From IMG/VR virus record IMGVR_UViG_3300050821_003619, positions 1 to 64,000 of that record: 64,000 nucleotides of DNA. The stretch is one strand, 5' to 3'. The position numbers and the translations under genes were made by a program. Source of the stretch: a virus. Under the pieces are notes generated by a model. It worked only from the letters and a program-made list of their open reading frames with translations. It ran no database searches and was not told the DNA's origin. Of the stretch, positions 45,992 to 55,701 are shown piece by piece; the stretch's first letter is position 1, and every line of letters starts with the position of its first letter.

Positions 45992-47369
45992 TGCATTTTT
46001 AGAAAAGTTTCATAAAGAAGAAACTTTTGATACAGAGCAGAACATGGCTTACTGTATGGCTGATGCTCCAAATGCATTAGCAACATTCATGTCTAAGTTT
46101 AGTCCAAACATGGAATCGATATGGTTCTATGAGGGTAAATGCGAGATCAGATTCGATAAAGAATCACATAGATATTACAGAGTTGAAGAACTAGGAAACC
46201 TAACTCTTCTACGTGGAGTAACAAACGTAGTCCACATCATAGATCGTTCCATGGCTCTTATGCCGTGGGCAGCTAAGAAGGTGGCCGAGAAGATGATTAG
46301 GTTGGTAGCCACTGAAACAAGAGATGGGCAAATTTATCTTGTACCGATGACTCTGGCGTACTTCACTCAGCTTGTTATGGAAGCTAAGAAGGCTCCTAAC
46401 GAAGAGAAGGAAGAAGCAGGCGACATTGGGCACATGGCCCATGCATGCTTGGAAGATTCAATCCGGCATGCATTGGATCACACCGAAGACCACATTGTTC
46501 GTGAACTAAAAAATCTCCCCACAGATGAGAAGGCTGCAACCGCAGCTAACTCAGCATTCAATTGGATGAAGGCGCATAATGTGCGCTGGATTGAAACAGA
46601 AGGGAAGATATATTCTAAACAGTATGGCTACGCGGGAACAATGGATGGCCTTGCTTACGTTGACTCTTGTACTGATCGTACATGTTGTCGTAGTAGTTTC
46701 ACTAATCATCTCAGCCTTATCGATTGGAAATCTTCGAACTATCTTTATATCGAGTTTCTTTTCCAGACTGCGAGCTATCAGCACGCGAAGCAAGAAGAAT
46801 CTGGTATCAAGATTGAGGATCGCTGGGTTCTAAGGCTAGGAAAGAATGAAGACGAAGCTGGTAAATTCGAACCATGGTATATGGGACCGGAGGACTTCCA
46901 GCAAGACTTAGACGGTTTCTTAGCTTGTTTACGTCTGGTAGAATTGGTTGACTCAGTTACAGATCGCATGAAGAACCAAAAAGCTCTTATTAAAGGAGTA
47001 AAGAAGGAAGTACGAGAGACTCAGAAAGCAATAGAGAAGGCAGAAGAAAAGCTGGAGAAAGCCCGAGCCAAAGCCTTTAAGAAGACTCAGAGAGAAGCCG
47101 AAAAGGAGTTGGCTAATAAGAAAGCCGAAGAGGATAAGAACGCTCTGCGTATTGCTCGTGCTGCTGAGAAGGCACGCGTTAAAGAAGAAGCCCGAGCACT
47201 CAGGGAAACAGTTAAGCAAACCAACGCGGTAGCAAGCAAAACTATCCCAGAGCCTAAACCTGTAGAGATACCAGCAATTGTTAGTGCACGTCCCAAATCG
47301 GGATGGGCAGAGTTTGAAGAAGAAACCGTAGTTAAACCAAGAGTATTTACTATACCGGAGGAAGATTGA
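45981..47369 (+). CDS. PD-(D/E)xK exonuclease
   Basis: G...H, YAGTMDG, LIDWKSS, Q..SY. Confidence 0.8.
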   Translation: MSLDAFLEKFHKEETFDTEQNMAYCMADAPNALATFMSKFSPNMESIWFYEGKCEIRFDKESHRYYRVEELGNLTLLRGVTNVVHIIDRSMALMPWAAKKVAEKMIRLVATETRDGQIYLVPMTLAYFTQLVMEAKKAPNEEKEEAGDIGHMAHACLEDSIRHALDHTEDHIVRELKNLPTDEKAATAANSAFNWMKAHNVRWIETEGKIYSKQYGYAGTMDGLAYVDSCTDRTCCRSSFTNHLSLIDWKSSNYLYIEFLFQTASYQHAKQEESGIKIEDRWVLRLGKNEDEAGKFEPWYMGPEDFQQDLDGFLACLRLVELVDSVTDRMKNQKALIKGVKKEVRETQKAIEKAEEKLEKARAKAFKKTQREAEKELANKKAEEDKNALRIARAAEKARVKEEARALRETVKQTNAVASKTIPEPKPVEIPAIVSARPKSGWAEFEEETVVKPRVFTIPEED

Positions 47370-48340
47370 GCGATAGCAACGAATCATTAACCGTTCTGAA
47401 CAATCAGAATGCGCTGGCTGTAGGTGGAGTAGGCCTCGGGTCAGCTTTGTTCAAGGCACGTCCTAGCACTATTCAGTTGGTTCCAAAGTCAACACGTCAA
47501 GAGGGAGCTATCCCCGGCACGTTCCGCAATATCACCACCGGCGAACGCCTAGGGGTTGCCGATGAAAACGGAAACATCGTTAAGGATGAAATCCGAGTAG
47601 TCATGCTGGCTGTGCCTCAAGAGAAGCGTGAGTATTACTTGAACGATGGCAAGACGTACAGCAAGGACATGAAGGAATGCTTCAGCGTAAACAACGTGAC
47701 ACCTCACGACCGCGCTAAGAATCCTCCTGCTATGTACTGCGCTACTTGCCCTATGGGGGATGTTAACTGGGAGAAGTGGCGTAAGGGTGGAAAGAATCCT
47801 AAGGACCTGCCACCTTGCCAGATGTATTACGGTTTGTTTCTGGCCGAACGCAATACGCAGACACCCTACAACATCGACGTGAAGGGCAAAAGCGTAGGGC
47901 CATTTAAGCAGGCCATGGAAACTCAGATGGCTGGTCTGTTGGCAAAGATTCAAACCAACGTAGTCATGCTGAACAAAAGCCGTGGTTATAAGCTGAATAA
48001 AACTTCAGGACAGTTTGAATTCGTTGGGTTACCTGAAGGTGTAACGGAGAAAGTTGCACCAGAACCAATGCCTAATATCTTTGACATCGTATTCACGATC
48101 TACTCTAACCGTAAGGACGGAGATATTGTGATGGGCTTCAAAGATTTTGCTCGCATGAAGGCAGAGGATCGTGCAGAGTTTGGCGACTTGTACAACGAAT
48201 TCCTACAGCGTAAGCAGCAGGCAGCACAGGTTGCACAAGCTGAGCCTGAGGAAAGTGAAGAAGCACAAGGCAACGCGGCAGTAACTGAAGCAGTAGATGG
48301 GGAATACGTAGACACTAACGACGAACCCATCACAATTTAA
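47366..48340 (+). CDS. Putative ssDNA-binding/recombination protein
   Basis: Follows exonuclease; Cys cluster; acidic C-terminal tail. Confidence 0.5.
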   Translation: MSDSNESLTVLNNQNALAVGGVGLGSALFKARPSTIQLVPKSTRQEGAIPGTFRNITTGERLGVADENGNIVKDEIRVVMLAVPQEKREYYLNDGKTYSKDMKECFSVNNVTPHDRAKNPPAMYCATCPMGDVNWEKWRKGGKNPKDLPPCQMYYGLFLAERNTQTPYNIDVKGKSVGPFKQAMETQMAGLLAKIQTNVVMLNKSRGYKLNKTSGQFEFVGLPEGVTEKVAPEPMPNIFDIVFTIYSNRKDGDIVMGFKDFARMKAEDRAEFGDLYNEFLQRKQQAAQVAQAEPEESEEAQGNAAVTEAVDGEYVDTNDEPITI

Positions 48341-48350
48341 AGGAGAATAC

Positions 48351-48692
48351 ATGAAAGCTTTGTTCACCACATTTGTACTTGCCCTCGCACTGCTGGCCTC
48401 GGCTCACACAGCCACGGCTAATGATGACGAGAACGTGTATGTTAACGGACAGTATCTCAGTAGCGACGGAGACAACTACGGAATGACCTTCTCCGTAAGC
48501 AGTTCTGTTCCTGAGCCTACATGCGTGTTTCCATATGTCACCAGCAGTGACAATGTGGTGGGCGGGGTTGGTAGCCCTTACCAACTCGGAGCTAATGAGC
48601 AGAACGTGCACATTGGTCAGTTTAACCGAGCCGATAGCTCTCGTGGCTGGTCGGTTCAAGTGAGTGCACGTTGGCATCGTGGAGGCTGCTAG
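48351..48692 (+). CDS. Exported protein
   Basis: Signal peptide; RBS AAGGAG. Confidence 0.6.
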   Translation: MKALFTTFVLALALLASAHTATANDDENVYVNGQYLSSDGDNYGMTFSVSSSVPEPTCVFPYVTSSDNVVGGVGSPYQLGANEQNVHIGQFNRADSSRGWSVQVSARWHRGGC

Positions 48693-48859
48693 TGCTCAAG
48701 TGGATTCGTAGTTTAGGATTCTGGGGCATGTTCGTTGGGGCAATGGGAGCGCTGAATGCTCTCATTCAGAATGACTGGGGGATCGTAGGGTTAGGTATTG
48801 TTTTCGTTTTGTTGTCCTACGGTTGGTACTGGTTATTCGGCAAGTTCACCACGTAAAGT

Positions 48860-49219
48860 TACGCACGTATGAGGTAATCGCAAAGCCTATCGGACACGGG
48901 TTCGACTCCCGTCGCCTCCACCAAGCTACTCACGATGAATACCGGCTGACCCCAGCGTCTAGCGCGGAATCACGGCTAGGCCCGAGACGAATGCATCGTT
49001 ATCGGGAAAGTCGAGGATAATTCTCGTCTGGGTGAGTAGCTTAATGGGGGCGTCACGGCTTCGACGGTGGGAACTGAGGGATTTACTGACGTGCCGTTAT
49101 CGTACGCCGTTCGTTATACGGAGTGCAAAAACACAAATGCTAAGACTAACAAGTCTCGCAAGGCCTATGGCATGTTCTTCGGTGGAAACACTGTTGGACA
49201 GCTTTCTGTAGCTGCCTAA
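48860..49219 (+). ncRNA. ssrA: Circularly permuted two-piece tmRNA
   Basis: Acceptor piece ...GGACACGGGUUCGACUCCCGUCGCCUCCACCA (ends 48923) precedes coding piece GGGGGCG (49046); G3:U70; tag AKTNKSRKAYGMFFGGNTVGQLSVAA* at 49139-49219. Confidence 0.88.
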
Positions 49220-49279
49220 AAGGGTGGGAGCCTCACAAGGGCTCCCTTCCGATATCCTCCCCAACAAACAGGAGAAACC

Positions 49280-49738
49280 ATGAAGAAGCTTTTCGCTGCT
49301 GTACTGATGCTGGCGTCAGCATTTGCTGCTGCCCAAACCACAAACAATTTTACTTTTGGTCCGCGCCCTACCATCACTAACATTGCTCCGATGACTTCGG
49401 TTAACGGTGTTTCAGTCGATCCTGCTACCAATAGCACTGTAGATTTTCAGACTTCGGACTTCAGCACTGCTCCGGGGTTCGCGTTGTATTTCCCTTACAG
49501 CATCGACGGTACCAGTGGTATTCTTGAAGGAGGAACGATTCAGTATGGTGTACGCGTTATTACCGGCGTGAACACTGCTACTCAGTCTGATACGTTCTCT
49601 TTCTTCGGTGGAGAATTTACCGGCACTGTAATTGAAACCTTCACCTTCGCTACGCAGCGTGTGTGCGGTGGTCGTAGTTGCCACAACGTGACGGTGTATA
49701 CCAGCACGGGTGGAACGGGAACGTTGACAAAGAACTAA
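49280..49738 (+). CDS. Exported Thr/Gly-rich beta protein
   Basis: Signal peptide MKKLFAAVLMLASAFAAA. Confidence 0.65.
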   Translation: MKKLFAAVLMLASAFAAAQTTNNFTFGPRPTITNIAPMTSVNGVSVDPATNSTVDFQTSDFSTAPGFALYFPYSIDGTSGILEGGTIQYGVRVITGVNTATQSDTFSFFGGEFTGTVIETFTFATQRVCGGRSCHNVTVYTSTGGTGTLTKN

Positions 49739-49747
49739 GGGACAAAC

Positions 49748-50218
49748 ATGACAAAGCAGGCTCAGAGCACGGGGGCTTCAAATGAAGCCCCTTACGAAGG
49801 TTCGTTGGAAGAAGTATTTGATAATCCTCCTACTCAAGAAGAAATTGAAGAGAATTCGCGCCCTATTGAAGAGATCGCTGAGGAAGAAGCACCTGTAAAT
49901 GCAGGTACCATTACGTACGGTATCGATAGTCTAGCTCGCATAGAGATTACTAAGCTGGCTCTATTAGCGCAGAATATTCTTGCACGACAAGAAAATGCAC
50001 CGTCTACCACGACCGGCAGCTTGAACATTTTAGGGTTCGACTTTAACGTCCGTGTACTTCCTAAACAAGATGCTATGATTGGTGGAGAAAACAAAATTGG
50101 CCGACCGGGGCTGGTATTGGAAGTGAATGATGGTGACCGCACCTACGCTGTGGCTAAGCTGGAGTGGGATCACAACAAGCAAGTGTATGTACTATTCGCA
50201 GGCAAAGGAGTAAACTAA
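49748..50218 (+). CDS. Hypothetical protein
   Basis: Packed ORF. Confidence 0.55.
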   Translation: MTKQAQSTGASNEAPYEGSLEEVFDNPPTQEEIEENSRPIEEIAEEEAPVNAGTITYGIDSLARIEITKLALLAQNILARQENAPSTTTGSLNILGFDFNVRVLPKQDAMIGGENKIGRPGLVLEVNDGDRTYAVAKLEWDHNKQVYVLFAGKGVN

Positions 50219-50449
50219 ATGAACAAGTTTTTTGAAGCTATTGGATTGGGAATAGTGGCTTTTGTTGTAGTGATTGGCTTGTCTTTGTTGCTGGCTTTTC
50301 CTACCAAGTGGGCAATCAACTATGTGGTTAACCCAACGTTGTTGGCAACTGTTTTCACTACCGGCCACTTTAGTGTATGGCACGCATGGGCATTAAACTT
50401 CTTGGCAAGCTCGCTCGTTAAGTCTACAAACACAGGGAGCACGAAGTAG
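50219..50449 (+). CDS. Small membrane protein
   Basis: Hydrophobic segments. Confidence 0.6.
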   Translation: MNKFFEAIGLGIVAFVVVIGLSLLLAFPTKWAINYVVNPTLLATVFTTGHFSVWHAWALNFLASSLVKSTNTGSTK

Positions 50450-50713
50450 ATGGTCACTGACACCGAATTTATCAATGCATTACGCAGCGCAAAAATGAGC
50501 ACAGTAGAACTGGCTGATGGATTAGGTGTCAGTCAACCTACCATCCGTAGATGGCGCAACGGTCGTAACCTGCCATATTCACCTATGAGACCGGCCATTA
50601 TGCTGTTTCTTGGCAAAGTTGATAAACGCAGGGCTGGAGTAGTAAACCAGATTCAACGTACAGCATTCGATGCTTACGAAGGATTAAACGGAAGGATGCC
50701 CACTAAGTTGTAG
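50450..50713 (+). CDS. XRE-type HTH protein
   Basis: STVELADGLGVSQPTIRRWRNG. Confidence 0.8.
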   Translation: MVTDTEFINALRSAKMSTVELADGLGVSQPTIRRWRNGRNLPYSPMRPAIMLFLGKVDKRRAGVVNQIQRTAFDAYEGLNGRMPTKL

Positions 50714-50722
50714 GAGAGATAA

Positions 50723-51532
50723 GTGCAAGATGATCACAAGTATGGTCCCGGTGAATGGGTAGTTCACAAAGAAAGAAGTGCACCGGGTGGGTTGAAAGAC
50801 ATAGTACTTCAAGATTTAATACCAACAACAGCAATACATGGGGAGGTAGTAGCTGGCCGAGCTACTACAGTACGTAAGGACCTTCAACGCCTTACGGCAA
50901 ACATGCAACAAGATACATTTACGTTGGCAGACCTTTTCTATGAAGCCCAAGCGAACGCGTACTACCTACAGTGGGGGTTCGACAGCTTAGGTGACTACGC
51001 CACTAAGGAGCTAGGTATTAAGGAGCGCAAAGCCCAATACCTTGCTCGCATAGTTAAGGTCTGCCGTGATGTTGGAGTGACCCGTAAGAACTACGAACCG
51101 GCAGGCATATCGAAGTTGAGAGAGATCACCACACTTGATCCTGACGGCTTCTATTTCGACAAAGAGAAGAACCAGAATTTTCCTCTAGATGAGATCATAG
51201 TTGATCTTATTCTTGATGCTCCTGACATGACAATGCAGCAAGTCAAAGACAAGGTTGATCTGCTTAAAGGTCAAGTAGGGGAAGATAGGCAAGTCATCAG
51301 AAGCTTTGGTTGCACACAATCTTGCTGGACAAACGTCATCAGTAAAGCTTTAGAACTAGCAGCACGTAAGCTTGGCTCTGCTGGAAGAGATGAGTCAGGT
51401 AACGCAATAGAATTTTCTGAGGGTGCGAAGTGGGAGATAATTTGCGTTTCCTTCTTACAGGATCAGAACAACTATATAGAAGACCACGGAGAAACTAATG
51501 AAGACAATAGCGACCCTTCTATTACTGTGTAG
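50723..51532 (+). CDS. Hypothetical protein
   Basis: AGGAG RBS; 269 aa. Confidence 0.6.
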   Translation: MQDDHKYGPGEWVVHKERSAPGGLKDIVLQDLIPTTAIHGEVVAGRATTVRKDLQRLTANMQQDTFTLADLFYEAQANAYYLQWGFDSLGDYATKELGIKERKAQYLARIVKVCRDVGVTRKNYEPAGISKLREITTLDPDGFYFDKEKNQNFPLDEIIVDLILDAPDMTMQQVKDKVDLLKGQVGEDRQVIRSFGCTQSCWTNVISKALELAARKLGSAGRDESGNAIEFSEGAKWEIICVSFLQDQNNYIEDHGETNEDNSDPSITV

Positions 51533-51914
51533 TCTGTACGGGCATGAGTCGCGCAACTCTAACCCTTGTGCTCAGATGTGTGGTTGCAAGAAGCAGCACT
51601 GGAATGAGTGCTCTGTGTATTGCTTCCAGATGTATAAGAGCGACGGTACACCACGCTGCATGACTCAAGAAGAAATGGATGGTTGTTCTAGGTTGTGCTT
51701 AGGTAAAGGTCCGGCGAAACATGAAGGTGGAAAATGAAGACAGACGTTAACAAAGCTTTATCACAGCTACAGAAACTCTACAATGATGCAGGGCTAGGTT
51801 CGTTAGATTTTATCTATCGTAACCACTCGTCATGGATTGCACTAAAATCGCGTCCCAACAGCTTCATGGACAACAAGAACATTCCGGCGATTGACTATCC
51901 TTCAAAGGTGAACA

Positions 51915-52202
51915 TTGAGCCTGAGACTTCCGCCTGAGGAGTACCATGCTCTGGTTCAGAGCGTACTTGTACGGGATAATTGGAAATGCCGACATTGCAA
52001 ATCTAGAAACAATCTTCACGCCCATCACATTGTGTTTAGGAGCGAGATGGGACCTGATGCTTCTGGGAATCTTGTAATACTTTGTTTATATTGCCATGAA
52101 GGTGTGCATCAGTATAAGCTGTTTATTGACGAAACGCAGCCGGGTAAAGGGGCCGACTCAGAGCTTATCTTTACCCGGCAAGATGGATGGAAACCAAAAT
52201 GA
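51915..52202 (+). CDS. HNH endonuclease
   Basis: RDNWKCRHC..LHAHHI...NLVILC..CH. Confidence 0.85.
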   Translation: MSLRLPPEEYHALVQSVLVRDNWKCRHCKSRNNLHAHHIVFRSEMGPDASGNLVILCLYCHEGVHQYKLFIDETQPGKGADSELIFTRQDGWKPK

Positions 52203-52486
52203 CTACAACATGGTATAGAGTTTCTACGTGGGGAAAACCAAAGATCACTACAGTAGAGGTAACCAAAGAAACTGATAAGTACATCACGTATTTACAGCCT
52301 AGCTGGGATAACAAACGAATGGACGAACGTAGATCGTCTAAAAGTAATGAGTTCTGGCCGACCTTCGCTGCAGCACGGCAGGAATTGCTTGTTCGATATA
52401 AGCGAGATATGAATCAGGCGCAGATTGAGTACGAAGAAGCCAAAGAGCGCTTCCACAAAGTATACTTGATGGAGAAGCCGGAATGA
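52199..52486 (+). CDS. Hypothetical protein
   Basis: Coupled start. Confidence 0.55.
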   Translation: MTTTWYRVSTWGKPKITTVEVTKETDKYITYLQPSWDNKRMDERRSSKSNEFWPTFAAARQELLVRYKRDMNQAQIEYEEAKERFHKVYLMEKPE

Positions 52487-52587
52487 GTGATGAGTTTGAA
52501 TTTCCCGAAGTAATAGGTGTTGGACATTTGGTGGCATGATATTCAGCTTAGGGCTTCTGTTAGAAAAAAGATAAAAAGGAGGATACC

Positions 52588-54420
52588 ATGTTTACTCTGT
52601 TTGACTACCAGCAAGAATGTGAACAGGCAGTCATAGACCATAGGAAACAGGGTATCCTGCAGCAACTGGTTGTGATGGCTACGGGCACAGGGAAGACCGT
52701 AGTCTTCTCCAGCATCATTAAGAGAATGCTACCCCTCCTAGGTGGCAAGGTGCTGGTATTTGCTCACCGTGAAGAGTTAGTTGATCAAGCTATTGACGCA
52801 ATAAGAGAAATGAATCCCGGCCTTAAGGTCGGCAAGGAGATGGCTAATGATTGGGCTGATATTGACTGCGACGTGGTTGTTAGTTGTGTTGCCTCTATTG
52901 GCAGGGCTGGGAGTACTAGGCTTACTCGTTTTGGAAGCTTCAATCTCGTTATCTGCGATGAAGCGCACCACTCCATCGCGCAAAGCTACCTCAACGTCTT
53001 CGAAACCACCGGAGTACTCAAACCGGATTCTAAGGCGTTACTGATTGGTTTCACCGCTACGCCTAAGCGCCGTAATCTTACGCGTGCCGAGAAGAAAACT
53101 GTAACTCTCGATGACGAGCAGATTCTGTCTCTCAAGAGCGTGTATAAAAAGATTGTATATAGCTTTGACCTTCGCACAGCGGTTAAGAAGGGATGGCTGG
53201 CCCCTCCGCGAGGCTTTCGCGTGAAAACGGAGACAAGCCTTGATAATGTCAAAGTTACTGCCGGGGACTTTCAGCAGGACCAGCTTTCTGAAGCAGTCAA
53301 CACCCCCGTGCGTAATGCACAAGTGGTCGATGCATGGGAACAATACGGTGAAGGCCGACAGACTGTGGGTTTTACCGTTGATATCAACCATGCAAAAGAC
53401 TTGGCAAAAGCTTTCCAGAACCGTGGGCACCGTTTTGAAGCTGTCTGGGGTAATGACCCTGACCGTTCTGAGAAGCTACGACAACACAAATCCAAACTAA
53501 TCACCGGCCTGCTAAATGCACAAGTACTAACAGAGGGCTATGACGATTGGCAAGTTTCGTGTGTAATTAGTGCGGCTCCAACACAAAGCCCTACTAAGTA
53601 TCCTCAAGAAATTGGGCGTGGCACTCGTCTACAGAAAGGAGCAGGCAACCTTCTTGAAGCAATTCAGAAAGGGTACGCTCTCTCTAAGGTAGATTGTATT
53701 GTGATTGATATCGTTGACAACTATAGGCGCAACACATTGTCCACTCTCCCGTCCCTTGTTGGGCTCAATCCAGAGTTCGACCTTGGGGGAGAGAGTGCAA
53801 TTAAAGCCGTAGAGAAACTGGAAGAGTTACAGGAGAAGTATCCCGGCGTAAACTTTACGCACCTGACTGATCTTAGCAAAGTCAAAGCATATGTAGAGTC
53901 TATCGACTTGTTTGCTGATCCATACACAGATGAGATTAAGCAGTTCTCTGAGTTCACATGGATGCCATTGCAGGACGGTTCGTTTGTTCTGTCTATCCCT
54001 GAGGACCAAGAGCTTGTAAAGCAAAAGAGATATTCTCAGTTCAAACACGAGAAACTTTTTATCCGGTCTAACGAACTGAGTGAATATGAAGTGTGGCACA
54101 AGAAGAGCCAGAATGAGAAGAAGCTGATTGAGTTCTCTACTCTGGAAGAGGCCTTCGCTGAAGCTGATGCTATAATGAAGCGTAGTCCTCGTGTAGCCAA
54201 CCGGCTAAAGCCGATTACACGTACAGCAGCGTGGCTTGAGTATGCTGCTACTCCTGCAGCCAAGAAGTATCTGTCTAAGCTGGCCCGTGGGAAATACGTT
54301 AACTGGTGCCTGTGTGATCGATTCGGTAACGCCGGGGAGACCTGCACAGTGTGCCAGAAACCTATGGGTGTGACGGCTGGGCAAGTAGCAACTGCAATTA
54401 ATAGATTAAAGGCCAAATAA
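52588..54420 (+). CDS. Superfamily 2 DEAH-box helicase
   Basis: ATGTGKT, DEAHH, TAT, LTEGYD, QEIGRGTR. Confidence 0.92.
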   Translation: MFTLFDYQQECEQAVIDHRKQGILQQLVVMATGTGKTVVFSSIIKRMLPLLGGKVLVFAHREELVDQAIDAIREMNPGLKVGKEMANDWADIDCDVVVSCVASIGRAGSTRLTRFGSFNLVICDEAHHSIAQSYLNVFETTGVLKPDSKALLIGFTATPKRRNLTRAEKKTVTLDDEQILSLKSVYKKIVYSFDLRTAVKKGWLAPPRGFRVKTETSLDNVKVTAGDFQQDQLSEAVNTPVRNAQVVDAWEQYGEGRQTVGFTVDINHAKDLAKAFQNRGHRFEAVWGNDPDRSEKLRQHKSKLITGLLNAQVLTEGYDDWQVSCVISAAPTQSPTKYPQEIGRGTRLQKGAGNLLEAIQKGYALSKVDCIVIDIVDNYRRNTLSTLPSLVGLNPEFDLGGESAIKAVEKLEELQEKYPGVNFTHLTDLSKVKAYVESIDLFADPYTDEIKQFSEFTWMPLQDGSFVLSIPEDQELVKQKRYSQFKHEKLFIRSNELSEYEVWHKKSQNEKKLIEFSTLEEAFAEADAIMKRSPRVANRLKPITRTAAWLEYAATPAAKKYLSKLARGKYVNWCLCDRFGNAGETCTVCQKPMGVTAGQVATAINRLKAK

Positions 54421-54428
54421 GGAGACCC

Positions 54429-54776
54429 GTGGAAATCCATGAGTTAAACGAAACTCAGCTAGCGTTGCTTATAAACATTGTGACTCAAAACAACACCTTT
54501 GCAGTGGCTTCAATCCCAGAAGGGCACGATGATTACGCAGAAAAAGGCGTACACTATGCAGAGGTTGCAAAGGATGTAGAGTACCTAGCCTTTATAGGGT
54601 TCATAGAGGACCTGTCAAATAAACCCGGCAGGCATCATGTGCTTAATGACATAGCCAGTAAGTCTACGGGCTACAACTATAAAGCGTACACAGCCACGGA
54701 AATGGCATTCTTGATGTTCCAAAGCTACCTTGATGAAACCGAAAAAGAAATGAAGTACAAGTACAGCATCAACTAA
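54429..54776 (+). CDS. Hypothetical protein
   Basis: AAGGAG RBS. Confidence 0.55.
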   Translation: MEIHELNETQLALLINIVTQNNTFAVASIPEGHDDYAEKGVHYAEVAKDVEYLAFIGFIEDLSNKPGRHHVLNDIASKSTGYNYKAYTATEMAFLMFQSYLDETEKEMKYKYSIN

Positions 54777-55026
54777 GTAGGAGAATACATGTTTTATGTG
54801 AGCATTTGCACAGTTTGTAACTGTGGACTTTCTGGGGATCGCTATGCTAGGGATCACTCCAATTCTCAATGCCGGGAGTTCATGAGACTTCGTGAACACT
54901 ACAACGTTCCAATGACTATGAGAATTGACCAAGAAGACTTCTCTCTGGCATTAGTTGTAGAAAAGGAATTGGGACATTTACCAAAACCAAAGAAGAAGCT
55001 GAACAGTACGCACAAAAGGAAAATTT

Positions 55027-55554
55027 ATGAGCAAGATTGAAGACGAAATTTCAAGACTGCATAGTGACATAACTGACAACGATCTATCAGTGCAGCACAT
55101 TGAGTATGACCCTTATGGGCAACCCAACAGCCAAAACGCTATAAACCGTGCTCAGTTGGAAAACCTAACAGTAGTGTTCCCTCAACCTTACGAATTGTTT
55201 ATAGATTTGGATAATGAACACAGTTATCAAATGTTCATTCGTTTATTCCAGATTTTTCTGAAGTTTGTTGATGGAGATGCGTCGTTTACAGAACGTCCTT
55301 CAAAGAGTGGTTTACCTAAACGTCACGTTACTGTGTACATGAGTAGAGATGTAAAGGATGAAACTGAGCGCGTGATGTTTCAAGCGTTCCTTGGCTCAGA
55401 TCGTGTACGCGAGCTTCTTGGTTATGTGCAGGCAGCCAACGGTGATCCACACCCCACTCTGTTTTTAGAGAAAGGACAAGACGTTTTACCTGCTGCACCT
55501 GAGCGTGCTATGCTTACTGGTGAAATCCTGAGTGATTCAGATATTCCTTTTTAA
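55027..55554 (+). CDS. Hypothetical protein, possible prim-pol-like fragment
   Basis: FIDLD and SKSG...H motifs; C-terminal DIPF. Confidence 0.45.
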   Translation: MSKIEDEISRLHSDITDNDLSVQHIEYDPYGQPNSQNAINRAQLENLTVVFPQPYELFIDLDNEHSYQMFIRLFQIFLKFVDGDASFTERPSKSGLPKRHVTVYMSRDVKDETERVMFQAFLGSDRVRELLGYVQAANGDPHPTLFLEKGQDVLPAAPERAMLTGEILSDSDIPF

Positions 55555-55701
55555 CATGCACATCATACTATTCGTTTTACTCAGTGTGCCAAAGAAGGTA
55601 GCACATATGGTAAAAATGGGCGCAATCACAGTAGTGAAGGCCTACTCTCCTGATGGTGACCCTTATGCGGCTTCACAGAAAAAGAAAGATCATGGATACT
55701 A

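Noticed and set aside
45981-47369. Cas4 of a CRISPR system
   Set aside because: No Fe-S Cys pattern or array; context fits a phage recombination exonuclease.
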